NCBI GenBank assembly: GCA_963978095.1
Contig: CAXBQP010000016.1
Coordinates: 1 to 52,278, forward strand
Direction: 5' to 3'
Source: an uncultured bacterium
GTDB taxonomy: Bacteria; Gemmatimonadota; Gemmatimonadetes; Gemmatimonadales; Gemmatimonadaceae
DNA: 52,278 nt
The position numbers were made by a program, and so were the translations under genes. The notes under the pieces are model-generated. The model ran no database searches, had not been told where the DNA came from, and was given only the letters and a program-made list of their open reading frames with translations. Numbering within the stretch: position 1 is the first letter of the stretch; every line of letters begins with the position of its first letter. Positions 44,252 through 52,278 of this stretch are shown here, in pieces.

Positions 44252-44280
44252 GCTCGGTTTTTTTCACTGTGAGGACTGTC

Positions 44281-45393
44281 ATGCGACGCCACTTCTTTCG
44301 CACGCTTACTGTGTTGTTTGTGGTCAGTCTCGGGCATGCGATTTCTGCTGTGCCTCTTCGCGCCATGCAACAAGCGGGTCCAGTCCTGGTAAACCAGTGC
44401 CTGCCGAGCGGCGGGGTCACGGCGCCCGCCCCGTCAGCGGCGGTGTATCGCCTGTCCGCCGAGTGTCTCGCGGAGCTGCGCTCGGCGCTCAACGCCGGTG
44501 CCTTCGGCCGCGCGCTGCAGATCTACTTCGGCGATTCGTACAATCCGGCGCTCGCCAACTGGGTGGTGTACGTACGGGCCGACGGTTCGGTCAAGCAGGG
44601 CGTGATCCAGAACGGGGAGGTGACGGATCTGCTCCGCGGCCAGAAATACATCTACGCCGCCGCGTTCTTCGAGGCGGTCCCCACGAATCCCGCCGATTCC
44701 CTGACGCCATCGCTGGAGTTGTCACGCCGCTCGATCAACTTCGTCAAGGATCAGTTCACGACCGTTCTCGTGAATGCCTTCGGTGCGGGGAAGATCCCGA
44801 CCTTCGACGCGGGCGCGACGGTCGGGGATCTCGATCGCCAGATGGCGCTGCGCATGGTGTCGGACGACCCGCGCGCACCACTCTGGGCAGGATCGGCGCG
44901 GGTCGAGATCGGTGAGAACACCGATGTGCAGCTCGCCCTCGCGGCGAACGGACGTCAGCGGCTCCCGGGGACGCTCTCCCGTCTGTACACCACGGTCAAC
45001 AACGCCAAAGCGACGCGCTGGGATCTGGGGCTCGGCATCGCGTCGGCCTTCGGCCCCGGCGCGACGACTCTGGAATCGGGAACGCAGCATGTGGCCTCGT
45101 CGGTCAAGACCAACATTTATCTGACCACCTACTTGAACCTGCTGCCCGCACGGTTGCCGCGCTTCCGCCGTTCGTGGTCGCTGGTCGGCGGGACGAACAT
45201 CACCAACGGGTCGTTGCTGGATGACCTGCTGACCGGCGTGGCGGTCGGCCGCGTGGTCGGGGACGCGGGGCTCATGACGGGCGTGATGTGGGAATCCCGA
45301 AAGCGGGAGTCTGTCGACCCCGTCACGCACGCGAATCGCTCGGAGGACTACCGGGTGCCGAGGTTCTTCATCGGGTTCGACCTGCGCGCGTGA
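44281..45393 (+). CDS. Hypothetical exported protein with a probable C-terminal outer-membrane beta-barrel
   Basis: Signal peptide; C-terminal amphipathic strands RWDLGLGI, IYLTTYLNL, WSLVGGTNI, LLTGVAVG, LMTGVMW, FFIGFDL; SD GAGGA. Confidence 0.7.
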   Translation: MRRHFFRTLTVLFVVSLGHAISAVPLRAMQQAGPVLVNQCLPSGGVTAPAPSAAVYRLSAECLAELRSALNAGAFGRALQIYFGDSYNPALANWVVYVRADGSVKQGVIQNGEVTDLLRGQKYIYAAAFFEAVPTNPADSLTPSLELSRRSINFVKDQFTTVLVNAFGAGKIPTFDAGATVGDLDRQMALRMVSDDPRAPLWAGSARVEIGENTDVQLALAANGRQRLPGTLSRLYTTVNNAKATRWDLGLGIASAFGPGATTLESGTQHVASSVKTNIYLTTYLNLLPARLPRFRRSWSLVGGTNITNGSLLDDLLTGVAVGRVVGDAGLMTGVMWESRKRESVDPVTHANRSEDYRVPRFFIGFDLRA

Positions 45394-46094
45394 GCGCGCA
45401 CGCCACAATCCTGATCGTTGATGACGAAGCCCCGATTCGTCGCGCAGTGGTGCACGCGCTTGCCGACGATCGTGTCCTCGAGGCCGGTACGGCCCAGTCG
45501 GGGTTGCAGCTCGCCACCACCGAGCGCCCGGATCTGATCATACTCGACTTGGGGCTTCCCGACGGAGCAGGCGCGGGGATGTGCCAAGAACTTCGGTTGC
45601 GGACGGCGGTTCCCATCCTGATTCTGAGTGCGCGTCACGCGGATGCGGAAAAGGTTGCGCTTCTCGATGCGGGGGCCGACGATTACGTAACGAAACCATT
45701 TAGTCCCGCCGAGTTGCGGGCACGCGTGCGGGCGCTCCTTCGGCGGGCGAATCCGCCGATCGCTGGATCGGCAATCAGTGCGACCGACACCGACCAACGC
45801 GTATTCGGCGCGCTAGTGATTGACGTGCGTGCCAGGATTGTTCGCGTGTCTGGCCAGCCGATCCATCTCACACCAATCGAGTGGGGATTGCTCGTGGCGC
45901 TCTCCAGCGCGCCAGGCAAGGTGTTCACCCATCAGCAACTCTTTCGGGACGTGTGGAAGGGGCGTGAGCACGGGGACGCGCAGCAATATCTGCGGGTGTA
46001 CGTGGCGAACCTGCGCAGGAAGCTCGAACAGGACCCCGTTCGCCCGCAGTACATTGTGACGATCCCCGGGGTCGGCTACCGGTTTGGCGGGTGA
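45390..46094 (+). CDS. kdpE: KdpE-like OmpR-family response regulator
   Basis: GTGA overlap; ILIVDDE, DLIILDLGLPDG, EKVALLDAGADDYVTKPF, GKVFTHQQL, QYLRVYVANLRRKLEQDPVRPQYIVTIPGVGYRF. Confidence 0.88.
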   Translation: MSAHATILIVDDEAPIRRAVVHALADDRVLEAGTAQSGLQLATTERPDLIILDLGLPDGAGAGMCQELRLRTAVPILILSARHADAEKVALLDAGADDYVTKPFSPAELRARVRALLRRANPPIAGSAISATDTDQRVFGALVIDVRARIVRVSGQPIHLTPIEWGLLVALSSAPGKVFTHQQLFRDVWKGREHGDAQQYLRVYVANLRRKLEQDPVRPQYIVTIPGVGYRFGG

Positions 46095-47218
46095 CCCAGT
46101 CGCCTGACCACTCCGCCCGCACCACGCGGCATCGCATGCACGGAGTCGTGCCCGTGATGACCTGGTCGCTGATTCTGTTGGGAACCAGCGTCGGACTCGT
46201 GGCGCTTCGTGAATCGTTGGATCGCGCTCACGTTGCGATGGTGCTCTTGCTGGTCGTGCTGGGTGCCGGGGCCAGAGGTGGGCGTGTGCTCGGGGTGCTG
46301 ATCGGGCTCGCGTCGTTCGTGGTATTCGATGTCGGCTTTGTGCCGCCGTATGGTCGCCTCGCAGTCACGAACCCGCTCGACTGGCTGATTCTCGTCAGTT
46401 TTCTGGCCACGAGTTTTGTCGCGGCCGAGTTGCTGCATCGTGAGCAAAAAGCGAGCCGATTGGCCACGGAGGAGCGCGAACGCCGCGGGTTGGAGCGTGC
46501 GCGGGCGGAGGCATTCCGCGAGACCGAGGCGCTGAAGGATGCACTGCTGTCGTCCGTCTCGCACGATTTGCGCACCCCGCTCACCAGCATCAAGGCGTTG
46601 GCGAACCAACTCGGGATTTTCGGTGACGAACGATCGCAGGTCATCGAGGAGCAGGCGGACCGGCTGAATCGGTATGTGAGCGACCTCCTGGATCTGTCGC
46701 GCATGAACGCTGGCTCGATGCCCGTTCGGCTGGAACTGAACGCCGTCGACGACTTGCTGAGTGCGACGATTGAGGAGACCGAAGCGGCCCTCGGGCGTCC
46801 GCTCGACGTGCGGCTGCCGTCCGATGGCGTGCTGCTGGCGGGGCGGTTCGATTTGTCACTCTCCGTGCGCATCCTGGTGAACCTCGTCGAGAACGCGAAC
46901 AAGTACGGGCCCCAGGGGAGCCCCATTCGCATCGATGCGGTCCAACAGGGAGGAGTGTTGCGTCTCACGGTCGCGGACCGTGGGCCGGGCATCGATGCGG
47001 CGGAGGTCGATCGCGTCTTCACGCCATTTTATCGACCGCTCTCCGCACCCGCCGACCGTGGCAGCGCCGGACTCGGTCTGGCACTCTGCCAACGAATGGC
47101 CGAGCTGCAGAAGGGGCGATTGAGCTATGCCCCGAACCCCGCTGGCGGCAGCCTGTTCGTACTGGAGCTCCCTGCCGTCCAGCTGCCGGCCGCGGCGTAT
47201 GAGCCGCAGTCTTTGTGA
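46091..47218 (+). CDS. kdpD: Short KdpD-like sensor histidine kinase (DUF4118 TM + HisKA + HATPase)
   Basis: Four-TM DUF4118 (FVPPYGRLAV), H-box SSVSHDLRTPLTSI, NLVENANKY, DRGPGI, GLGLAL; only 375 aa. Confidence 0.8.
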   Translation: MTQSPDHSARTTRHRMHGVVPVMTWSLILLGTSVGLVALRESLDRAHVAMVLLLVVLGAGARGGRVLGVLIGLASFVVFDVGFVPPYGRLAVTNPLDWLILVSFLATSFVAAELLHREQKASRLATEERERRGLERARAEAFRETEALKDALLSSVSHDLRTPLTSIKALANQLGIFGDERSQVIEEQADRLNRYVSDLLDLSRMNAGSMPVRLELNAVDDLLSATIEETEAALGRPLDVRLPSDGVLLAGRFDLSLSVRILVNLVENANKYGPQGSPIRIDAVQQGGVLRLTVADRGPGIDAAEVDRVFTPFYRPLSAPADRGSAGLGLALCQRMAELQKGRLSYAPNPAGGSLFVLELPAVQLPAAAYEPQSL

Positions 47219-47228
47219 ATTCTTAGCG
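47210..47228 (+). promoter_or_regulatory. Candidate OmpR/KdpE-type tandem binding site upstream of the KimA-like gene
   Basis: TCTTTGTG-AAT-TCTTAGCG (11-bp period) upstream of a -10-like TAACGT (47261-47266). Confidence 0.4.
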
Positions 47229-47275
47229 CCCGCCGCCCTGCTCGGCTCCGCAGATGCCGGTAACGTTCGACTGTT

Positions 47276-49198
47276 ATGCTGACCATCACGAAGCGATGGC
47301 TCATCGGCAAGCCGCTCACGAGCGACCGGCTTGATCATGAGCGACTGAGCAAGCGAACGGCGCTGGCGGTACTCAGCTCCGATGCGATCTCCTCCGTGGC
47401 GTATGCCACCGACCAGATCCTCTTCGTGCTCGGCGGCGCCATCGGTGCGGCGGCCTTGCACTACGTATTCCCGATTTCTGCGGTCATCGTCGCACTGCTG
47501 GTCTTGGTGGGCGTGTCATACCAGCAGACGATCCACGCCTACCCCGGTGGTGGCGGCAGCTACACCGTGGCGCATGAGAACCTCGGCAAGCGTGCGGGAT
47601 TGATCGCGGCGGCGGCGCTCCTGACGGACTACGTGCTCACCGTAGCGGTCTCCGTGTCGGGCGGTGTCGCCGCCATCACGTCGGCGTATCCGCACCTTCG
47701 CCCGTACACGGTATCAATCGGGATCGGGGCCATCGCGCTCCTGACCCTCGTCAACTTGCGCGGAGTTCGCGAATCCGGGGCGGCGTTCTCGCTGCCAACG
47801 TACGCGTTCATCGGCATGATGTGCCTGCTCTTGGCCGTCGGATTCTGGAAGGCATCGCACGGCGCCGTGCCGATCGTGACCCTCGCGCCGCTGGATGTCG
47901 ATGCCTCGAGTGCGAAGCACGGGCTCGATCCGACGGGATTCGCGCTCCTGTTTCTGCTGATGCGGGGATTCGCCGAAGGGTGTGCCGCTATGACGGGCAC
48001 CGAAGCGATTTCGAATGGCGTACAGGCGTTCCGGGCCCCTTCGCAGCGCAATGCCGCGATAACGTTGACATGGATGGTGGCCATCCTGGCCGCATTCTTC
48101 CTCGGGACCAGCTGGCTCGCGGGCTACTTCGGTGCCATGCCGACCACGGACGAAACGGTGCTCTCACTGCTCGGACATCGGATCCTCGGCGGCGGGATTG
48201 CCTATTATGCCTTGCAATATTCCACCTTCGCGGTCCTCGTGCTCGCTGCCAATACGGCTTTCGCGGATTTTCCGCGACTGGGCGGGATCCTGGCGCACGA
48301 TCGATATCTCCCCAAGCAGCTCGCCGCGCGCGGCGATCGTCTCGCCTTCAGCAACGGCATTCTGTCGCTCGCGTTAGTGGCGATGCTGCTCGTCTGGCTG
48401 TTCCGCGGTGACACGAATTCGTTGGTGCCGCTGTATGCGGTCGGGGTGTTCGTGTGCTTCACCTTGAGTCAGGCGGGGATGGTGGTGCATTGGTTCAAGG
48501 AGCGTCAGGCCGGATGGAAATGGCGGGCGACGCTGAACGGACTCGGGGCGTTCGCGACCGGCATCGTCAGTGTGATTCAGATCGCGACCAAGTTCCGTGA
48601 AGGCGCGTGGATCGTCGTCCTGCTCATCCCGCTGCTCATCGCAGTGCTGCAGCGGATCAACACGCATTACCGCCGGTTCGCCATTCGAATTGCGTTCAGG
48701 GGGCGAAGCCCGCTGCTCCCGCAATCGCATGCCGTCGTGGTTCCCGTGTCGAGCGTGAACAAGGCCGCGGCGGCGGCCCTCATCTACGCCACGGCGATTT
48801 CGAAGACCGTGCATCCGGTCCACGTCGCCGTGGAACCAGACAAGCTTCCCGAGGTGGAGCGTGACTGGGATCGATGGGACATCGGTTATGAGCTGGAGGT
48901 CCTGCCTTCACCGTACCGATCCGTCGTGCGGCCACTTGTGGATTACGTGTCGGCGCTGCAGGCCGAAACGAAGGGGACGCTGGTGACGGTCGTAACGCCG
49001 GAGTTGGTGCCGCGGCACTGGTGGGAGCACTTACTGCACAACAAGACCGCGCTGTACATCCGGACCGCGCTGCTGTTCCGGCCGAACGTCGTGGTGGTCG
49101 CCGTGCCGTACCTGATCGGGTACGACTACGAGCATGAGTTGCAGGGGCCGCGGTGGACGCCAGATGCACGGCTGACCTTGGGGTTGCGGAACGACTGA
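47276..49198 (+). CDS. kimA: KimA/YdaO-like APC-superfamily K+ transporter
   Basis: LSSDAISSVAY, AYPGGGGSYTV, DYVLTVAVS, NLRGVRESG, MTGTEAISNG, AANTAFADFPRL, LYAVGVF, SPYRS, WWEHLLHN. Confidence 0.85.
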   Translation: MLTITKRWLIGKPLTSDRLDHERLSKRTALAVLSSDAISSVAYATDQILFVLGGAIGAAALHYVFPISAVIVALLVLVGVSYQQTIHAYPGGGGSYTVAHENLGKRAGLIAAAALLTDYVLTVAVSVSGGVAAITSAYPHLRPYTVSIGIGAIALLTLVNLRGVRESGAAFSLPTYAFIGMMCLLLAVGFWKASHGAVPIVTLAPLDVDASSAKHGLDPTGFALLFLLMRGFAEGCAAMTGTEAISNGVQAFRAPSQRNAAITLTWMVAILAAFFLGTSWLAGYFGAMPTTDETVLSLLGHRILGGGIAYYALQYSTFAVLVLAANTAFADFPRLGGILAHDRYLPKQLAARGDRLAFSNGILSLALVAMLLVWLFRGDTNSLVPLYAVGVFVCFTLSQAGMVVHWFKERQAGWKWRATLNGLGAFATGIVSVIQIATKFREGAWIVVLLIPLLIAVLQRINTHYRRFAIRIAFRGRSPLLPQSHAVVVPVSSVNKAAAAALIYATAISKTVHPVHVAVEPDKLPEVERDWDRWDIGYELEVLPSPYRSVVRPLVDYVSALQAETKGTLVTVVTPELVPRHWWEHLLHNKTALYIRTALLFRPNVVVVAVPYLIGYDYEHELQGPRWTPDARLTLGLRND

Positions 49199-49242
49199 CG
49201 CCACCGAACGCCGCCGGGTGATCACTGCCGAACGCGCATGGG

Positions 49243-49986
49243 TCAGCTCCCCGGTTCGTCCGCCGCGAAGTAGTCGAGCACCATCTGCCTCCCCTGCGCA
49301 CGAGTGTAGACATCCCCGGCGCGGGTATCGATGACCCCCGCGATCACGGCAGCGACCTCGTCCACCGTCTGCGAGTTCGGGAACGAGCGCGAGTCGGGAC
49401 CACCGTGAAGGGCATTCTTGCCGAAGTCGGTCTGCACCACGCCGGGTGATACCAGCGAGAACTGGATCCCCGGGTGCGTGGCCCGCACCTCGGTCCGGAA
49501 GTTGGCGGTGAGCGAGTTGACCATGTGCTTCGCCGCGCTGTAGGCAGCACGCATCGGGGCCATCGGGATCCGCCCGAGCATCGAGGAAATGTTCACGACC
49601 TGGCCGCTCCCGCGCTCTTTGAAGTGCGGCAGCACCTCCTGCATGCCGTACAGCACGCTCTTCACGTTGATCCGGACCATGTCGTCGAGGTCCGAGTCCG
49701 TGAGCTCCGTGGGCATGCGCGTGATGCCGCGTCCCGCATTGTTGACCCACACGTCGATGTGCCCGAAACGTTCGATGGCGGCGCGCACCGCGCGCCGGAC
49801 GTCCTCCCGGATCGTGACATCGGCCACCACCGGCAGTGCCTGCGCCCCGCAGGCGGCCGCAACACGGTGCAACTCGTCCGCACGCCGCGCCACGAGGACC
49901 ACGGCATCCCCCCGCCGTGCGAGGAGTTCTGCGAGTGCCGCGCCGATGCCGCTGCTCGCACCGGTGATGACGATGACCTGTGACAT
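49243..49986 (-). CDS. Short-chain dehydrogenase/reductase
   Basis: ITGASSGIG, WVNNAG, NISS, YSAAK, VSPGVVQT. Confidence 0.95.
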   Translation of the reverse strand: MSQVIVITGASSGIGAALAELLARRGDAVVLVARRADELHRVAAACGAQALPVVADVTIREDVRRAVRAAIERFGHIDVWVNNAGRGITRMPTELTDSDLDDMVRINVKSVLYGMQEVLPHFKERGSGQVVNISSMLGRIPMAPMRAAYSAAKHMVNSLTANFRTEVRATHPGIQFSLVSPGVVQTDFGKNALHGGPDSRSFPNSQTVDEVAAVIAGVIDTRAGDVYTRAQGRQMVLDYFAADEPGS

Positions 49987-50043
49987 GGTTGGTGGTGGGC
50001 CAGTGGTGAGAGATGCGATCGATGCTCGTGCACCGAAGGAGAA

Positions 50044-50868
50044 CTATGCCGCCATCGCTTCGCGAGACGTGCCCCGGCGAGCCTTGCGCCATCCTTCCCA
50101 GACATTGGCCACCAGCAGGCCGGCGAGCAGGAAATATGCGGCGCCAACCAACTCGAAGACGGCGAAACTCACGACGGCCACCATCACCCCGTAAACCAGC
50201 TGGTCGCGGTGCTTCGGCGGCGAGGTCGGGGGGTCGGTCACCATGAAGAACGCGAAGAACAGTGCGGCGTGCAGGTCAGGTTCCCGGTACAGCTCGGCCA
50301 CATGTCCCGGGTCCGCGACATAGGCGAAGGTCGTGGCCAACGCGAAGTAGACGCCCAGGAAGGCGAGCACGAGTGGCCCCTTGTTCATGCGGATGGTGAT
50401 GAAGATTCCCGTCGCCAAGAGCGCGGTGATCCACCCGATGGGCATCTCCGGCAGCGCTCCCCACCAACTCTGGCCGGTGTCGAACACGTAAAACGTGGCG
50501 ACGAGCGCGACCGCTGCTGGATTGAACACATTGGCCTTGCGTGCGCGCACGACGTACTTGCTCACGACCCCGACCACGGCGGTGATCGCCGCCACATGCC
50601 ACGGCTCGTGCGGACTCAGGATCAGGGCGACGATCCAGCCGGTCAGCATCGCCCCGTCCGGGAATACCCACCGACCGCCGCGCCACCGCAACAGCGGCGC
50701 GTCCACGAGCATGGCGGCACCGATCGCACCGAGTACGGGGGGAGCCACCAATCGCCATCCCTCGTGCGGTGCAGCGATCGCCGTGAGGATCAGCAGAACG
50801 ATCGTGAAAAGCCCCTTGGGCGTGCGCAAGTAGCGCTGGACGGCGCTCGAGTTAGCGGGGCGTGGCAT
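50044..50868 (-). CDS. NqrB/RnfD-family-like membrane protein (short, stand-alone)
   Basis: DGAMLTG, SKYV...NVFNPAA, SWWG, FFAFFMVTDPPTSP; about 9 TM helices. Confidence 0.82.
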   Translation of the reverse strand: MPRPANSSAVQRYLRTPKGLFTIVLLILTAIAAPHEGWRLVAPPVLGAIGAAMLVDAPLLRWRGGRWVFPDGAMLTGWIVALILSPHEPWHVAAITAVVGVVSKYVVRARKANVFNPAAVALVATFYVFDTGQSWWGALPEMPIGWITALLATGIFITIRMNKGPLVLAFLGVYFALATTFAYVADPGHVAELYREPDLHAALFFAFFMVTDPPTSPPKHRDQLVYGVMVAVVSFAVFELVGAAYFLLAGLLVANVWEGWRKARRGTSREAMAA

Positions 50869-51781
50869 CGGCGGTGTCGAAGTGGTGATGAAATCCCGCA
50901 GACTCCGTGCGGACGAGCGAAGGCGAGAGGATCAGGCCGTCGACTCCTTGTCGCTCGAGGAAGGCGATGCCGCGGGCGGGTCCGAGAACGAAGGCCGCGG
51001 TCGCGAGCGCGTCGGCGACCATGGCGCGTGGCGCGACCACGGTGACGCTCACCGCGCCTGACGCCGAACTCCCCAGACGGGGATCCACGATGTGATGGGC
51101 ATCGCCCGCGGGTGAGCGACGTTCGTAATCGCCGCTCGTGCAGACCGCGGCGCCGGAGATGCGCAGACAAGCGATCTGCGTACTCGCATCCCGCGGGTGT
51201 CGCACGCCGACCCGCCAGGGCTCATCGCGACTGTTGTGGCCTGCGAGGTAGAGGTCACCGCCGGCATCGATGGCGAAGTGCTCGAGGTCCGCGAGCTCCG
51301 CGGCGGCGAGATCCACCGCCAACCCCTTGGCCACGGCACCGAGATCGAGGACCAACGGGCGAAGCAGCGTGATCGTGTGTTCCGCTTCGTCGAGCTCGAT
51401 ATCTCGCCACGACACCGTCGCGTCGACGGGCAGCCGTGACGGCGCGCGTTCGCCGGTCTGCCACGCGACGTCGTAGCCGAGTGATTCCATCGTGGTGCCG
51501 ACGGTCGGATCAAAGGCCCCGTCACTGGCCCGCGCCACTGCGAGCGCGAAGCGCGTCGCCTCGAACAGGATTTCACTCGCGGCGAACGGGTGCCCGACAT
51601 GATGCCCCATGCGGCGGAGTTCGCTCGACGGGTCGAAGCGGCTGCAGCACTCCTCCACCCGGGCGAACCAGTCGAGCGCACGTTGCGCACGCACCGGGCG
51701 ATCTGCCGCGGGTCCACCCGCGAGACGGATGGTGACCACGGTGCCCATTGCCGTGGTGGTGCGCTCGTAGGCAGCCGTCAC
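50852..51781 (-). CDS. apbE: FAD:protein FMN transferase ApbE (no signal peptide)
   Basis: AMGT, SRFDPSSEL, SDGAFDPTVG, LDLGAVAKG, DAGGD, WRVGVRHP, CTSGDYER, HHIVDP, ADALATA; GTGA overlap with the upstream stop. Confidence 0.93.
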   Translation of the reverse strand: MTAAYERTTTAMGTVVTIRLAGGPAADRPVRAQRALDWFARVEECCSRFDPSSELRRMGHHVGHPFAASEILFEATRFALAVARASDGAFDPTVGTTMESLGYDVAWQTGERAPSRLPVDATVSWRDIELDEAEHTITLLRPLVLDLGAVAKGLAVDLAAAELADLEHFAIDAGGDLYLAGHNSRDEPWRVGVRHPRDASTQIACLRISGAAVCTSGDYERRSPAGDAHHIVDPRLGSSASGAVSVTVVAPRAMVADALATAAFVLGPARGIAFLERQGVDGLILSPSLVRTESAGFHHHFDTADATPR

Positions 51782-52278
51782 CGCGATTTGTTGAGCGCTT
51801 CGACGACCGCGTAGTAGAACGCGTTCGTGCTCTGCGTGGCGCCGGACACGAAGTCCACGTCGGCGCTCTGCCGCACCACCACCTGCTGTTGGAGGTGCGC
51901 GATCCACGAGCACGAATAGCGGGTGAGGCATCGTGAGATCTGGGCCGAGACGATACGTCCCTCCGCAATCACCACCGTGGCTTCGATATCGCCGTGCCGG
52001 GAGGTCCCCCATCCCGTGTAACTCCCATCGTGCCACGGCGACCGCGACCGCTCCGCGTCCTGTTGGGCCGGTGCTGGCGCTGGCTTGGGAGCAGCCGGAG
52101 CCGGGGCCGAGGGAGGCGCACTGGTCGGCGCGGTGACGGCGAGGGCGGGGGCTGCGGCAGGGGCAACGGCAGCGGCAGGAGCGATCGCCGGCGCTGGTGC
52201 GACACTGGAGTCTGTCACCGACACGGTGGTCACCGCTTTCGAGCGCTCTGACGGTGCGGGCGACGACGCGACGGCTTC
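51778..52278 (-). CDS. FMN-binding (flavinylated) domain protein, 5'-truncated by the window edge
   Basis: Pro/Ala linker then WHDGSYTG...GDIEATVVIAEGRI...VDFVSGATQST (flavinylation motif at 51835-51855); frame is open to base 52278. Confidence 0.9.
   Translation of the reverse strand, partial: EAVASSPAPSERSKAVTTVSVTDSSVAPAPAIAPAAAVAPAAAPALAVTAPTSAPPSAPAPAAPKPAPAPAQQDAERSRSPWHDGSYTGWGTSRHGDIEATVVIAEGRIVSAQISRCLTRYSCSWIAHLQQQVVVRQSADVDFVSGATQSTNAFYYAVVEALNKSR

Noticed and set aside
47219..47275. c-di-AMP (ydaO) riboswitch upstream of the KimA-like gene
   Set aside because: The 57-nt gap is too short and lacks the motif
38543..49198. Integrative element inserted at tRNA-Ala or tRNA-Gln
   Set aside because: No integrase or transposase and no duplicated tRNA 3' end (att site) found; tRNA-Gln retains an intact terminator

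Overview
High-GC bacterial contig end, with a gene repertoire and Ig/RCC1-rich secreted proteins suggestive of Gemmatimonadota (inference). Bases 1-71 are untrimmed Illumina TruSeq adapter. In order, the window holds: a truncated S9-type peptidase; a CzcCBA-type RND system; a Mn homeostasis cluster (beta-barrel gene divergent from mntH-usp-mntR, with a shared DtxR/MntR-type palindrome); yceI; an SPFH/Arc-RHH/hydrolase operon; and DUF72. Next is a four-gene minus-strand cluster (13932-25238) in which every protein carries a cohesin-like domain and the largest (about 2,570 aa) adds a dockerin, three 7-bladed RCC1 propellers and many Ig domains. This candidate non-cellulosomal cohesin-dockerin surface complex is the most interesting system here. 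It is followed by housekeeping genes (SURF1, EamA, mgtE, a Cys-less HMA protein, a beta-hydroxyacid dehydrogenase, a cysteine desulfurase-like enzyme, DUF4015, a thioesterase, FkbM, rnz, a Thr/Ser dehydratase, a class II photolyase) and tRNA-Ala(CGC) and tRNA-Gln(CTG), with an unexplained rod-like RNA between them. The window ends with a sulfatase-like protein, a 7-repeat disulfide-Ig protein with a GGTM VNTR, a minimal KdpE/KdpD pair upstream of a KimA-like transporter, an SDR, and an FMN-bind/ApbE/RnfD-like flavinylation module. Many genes look leaderless, including one symmetric bidirectional promoter. All calls come from motif recognition by eye; no searches were run.
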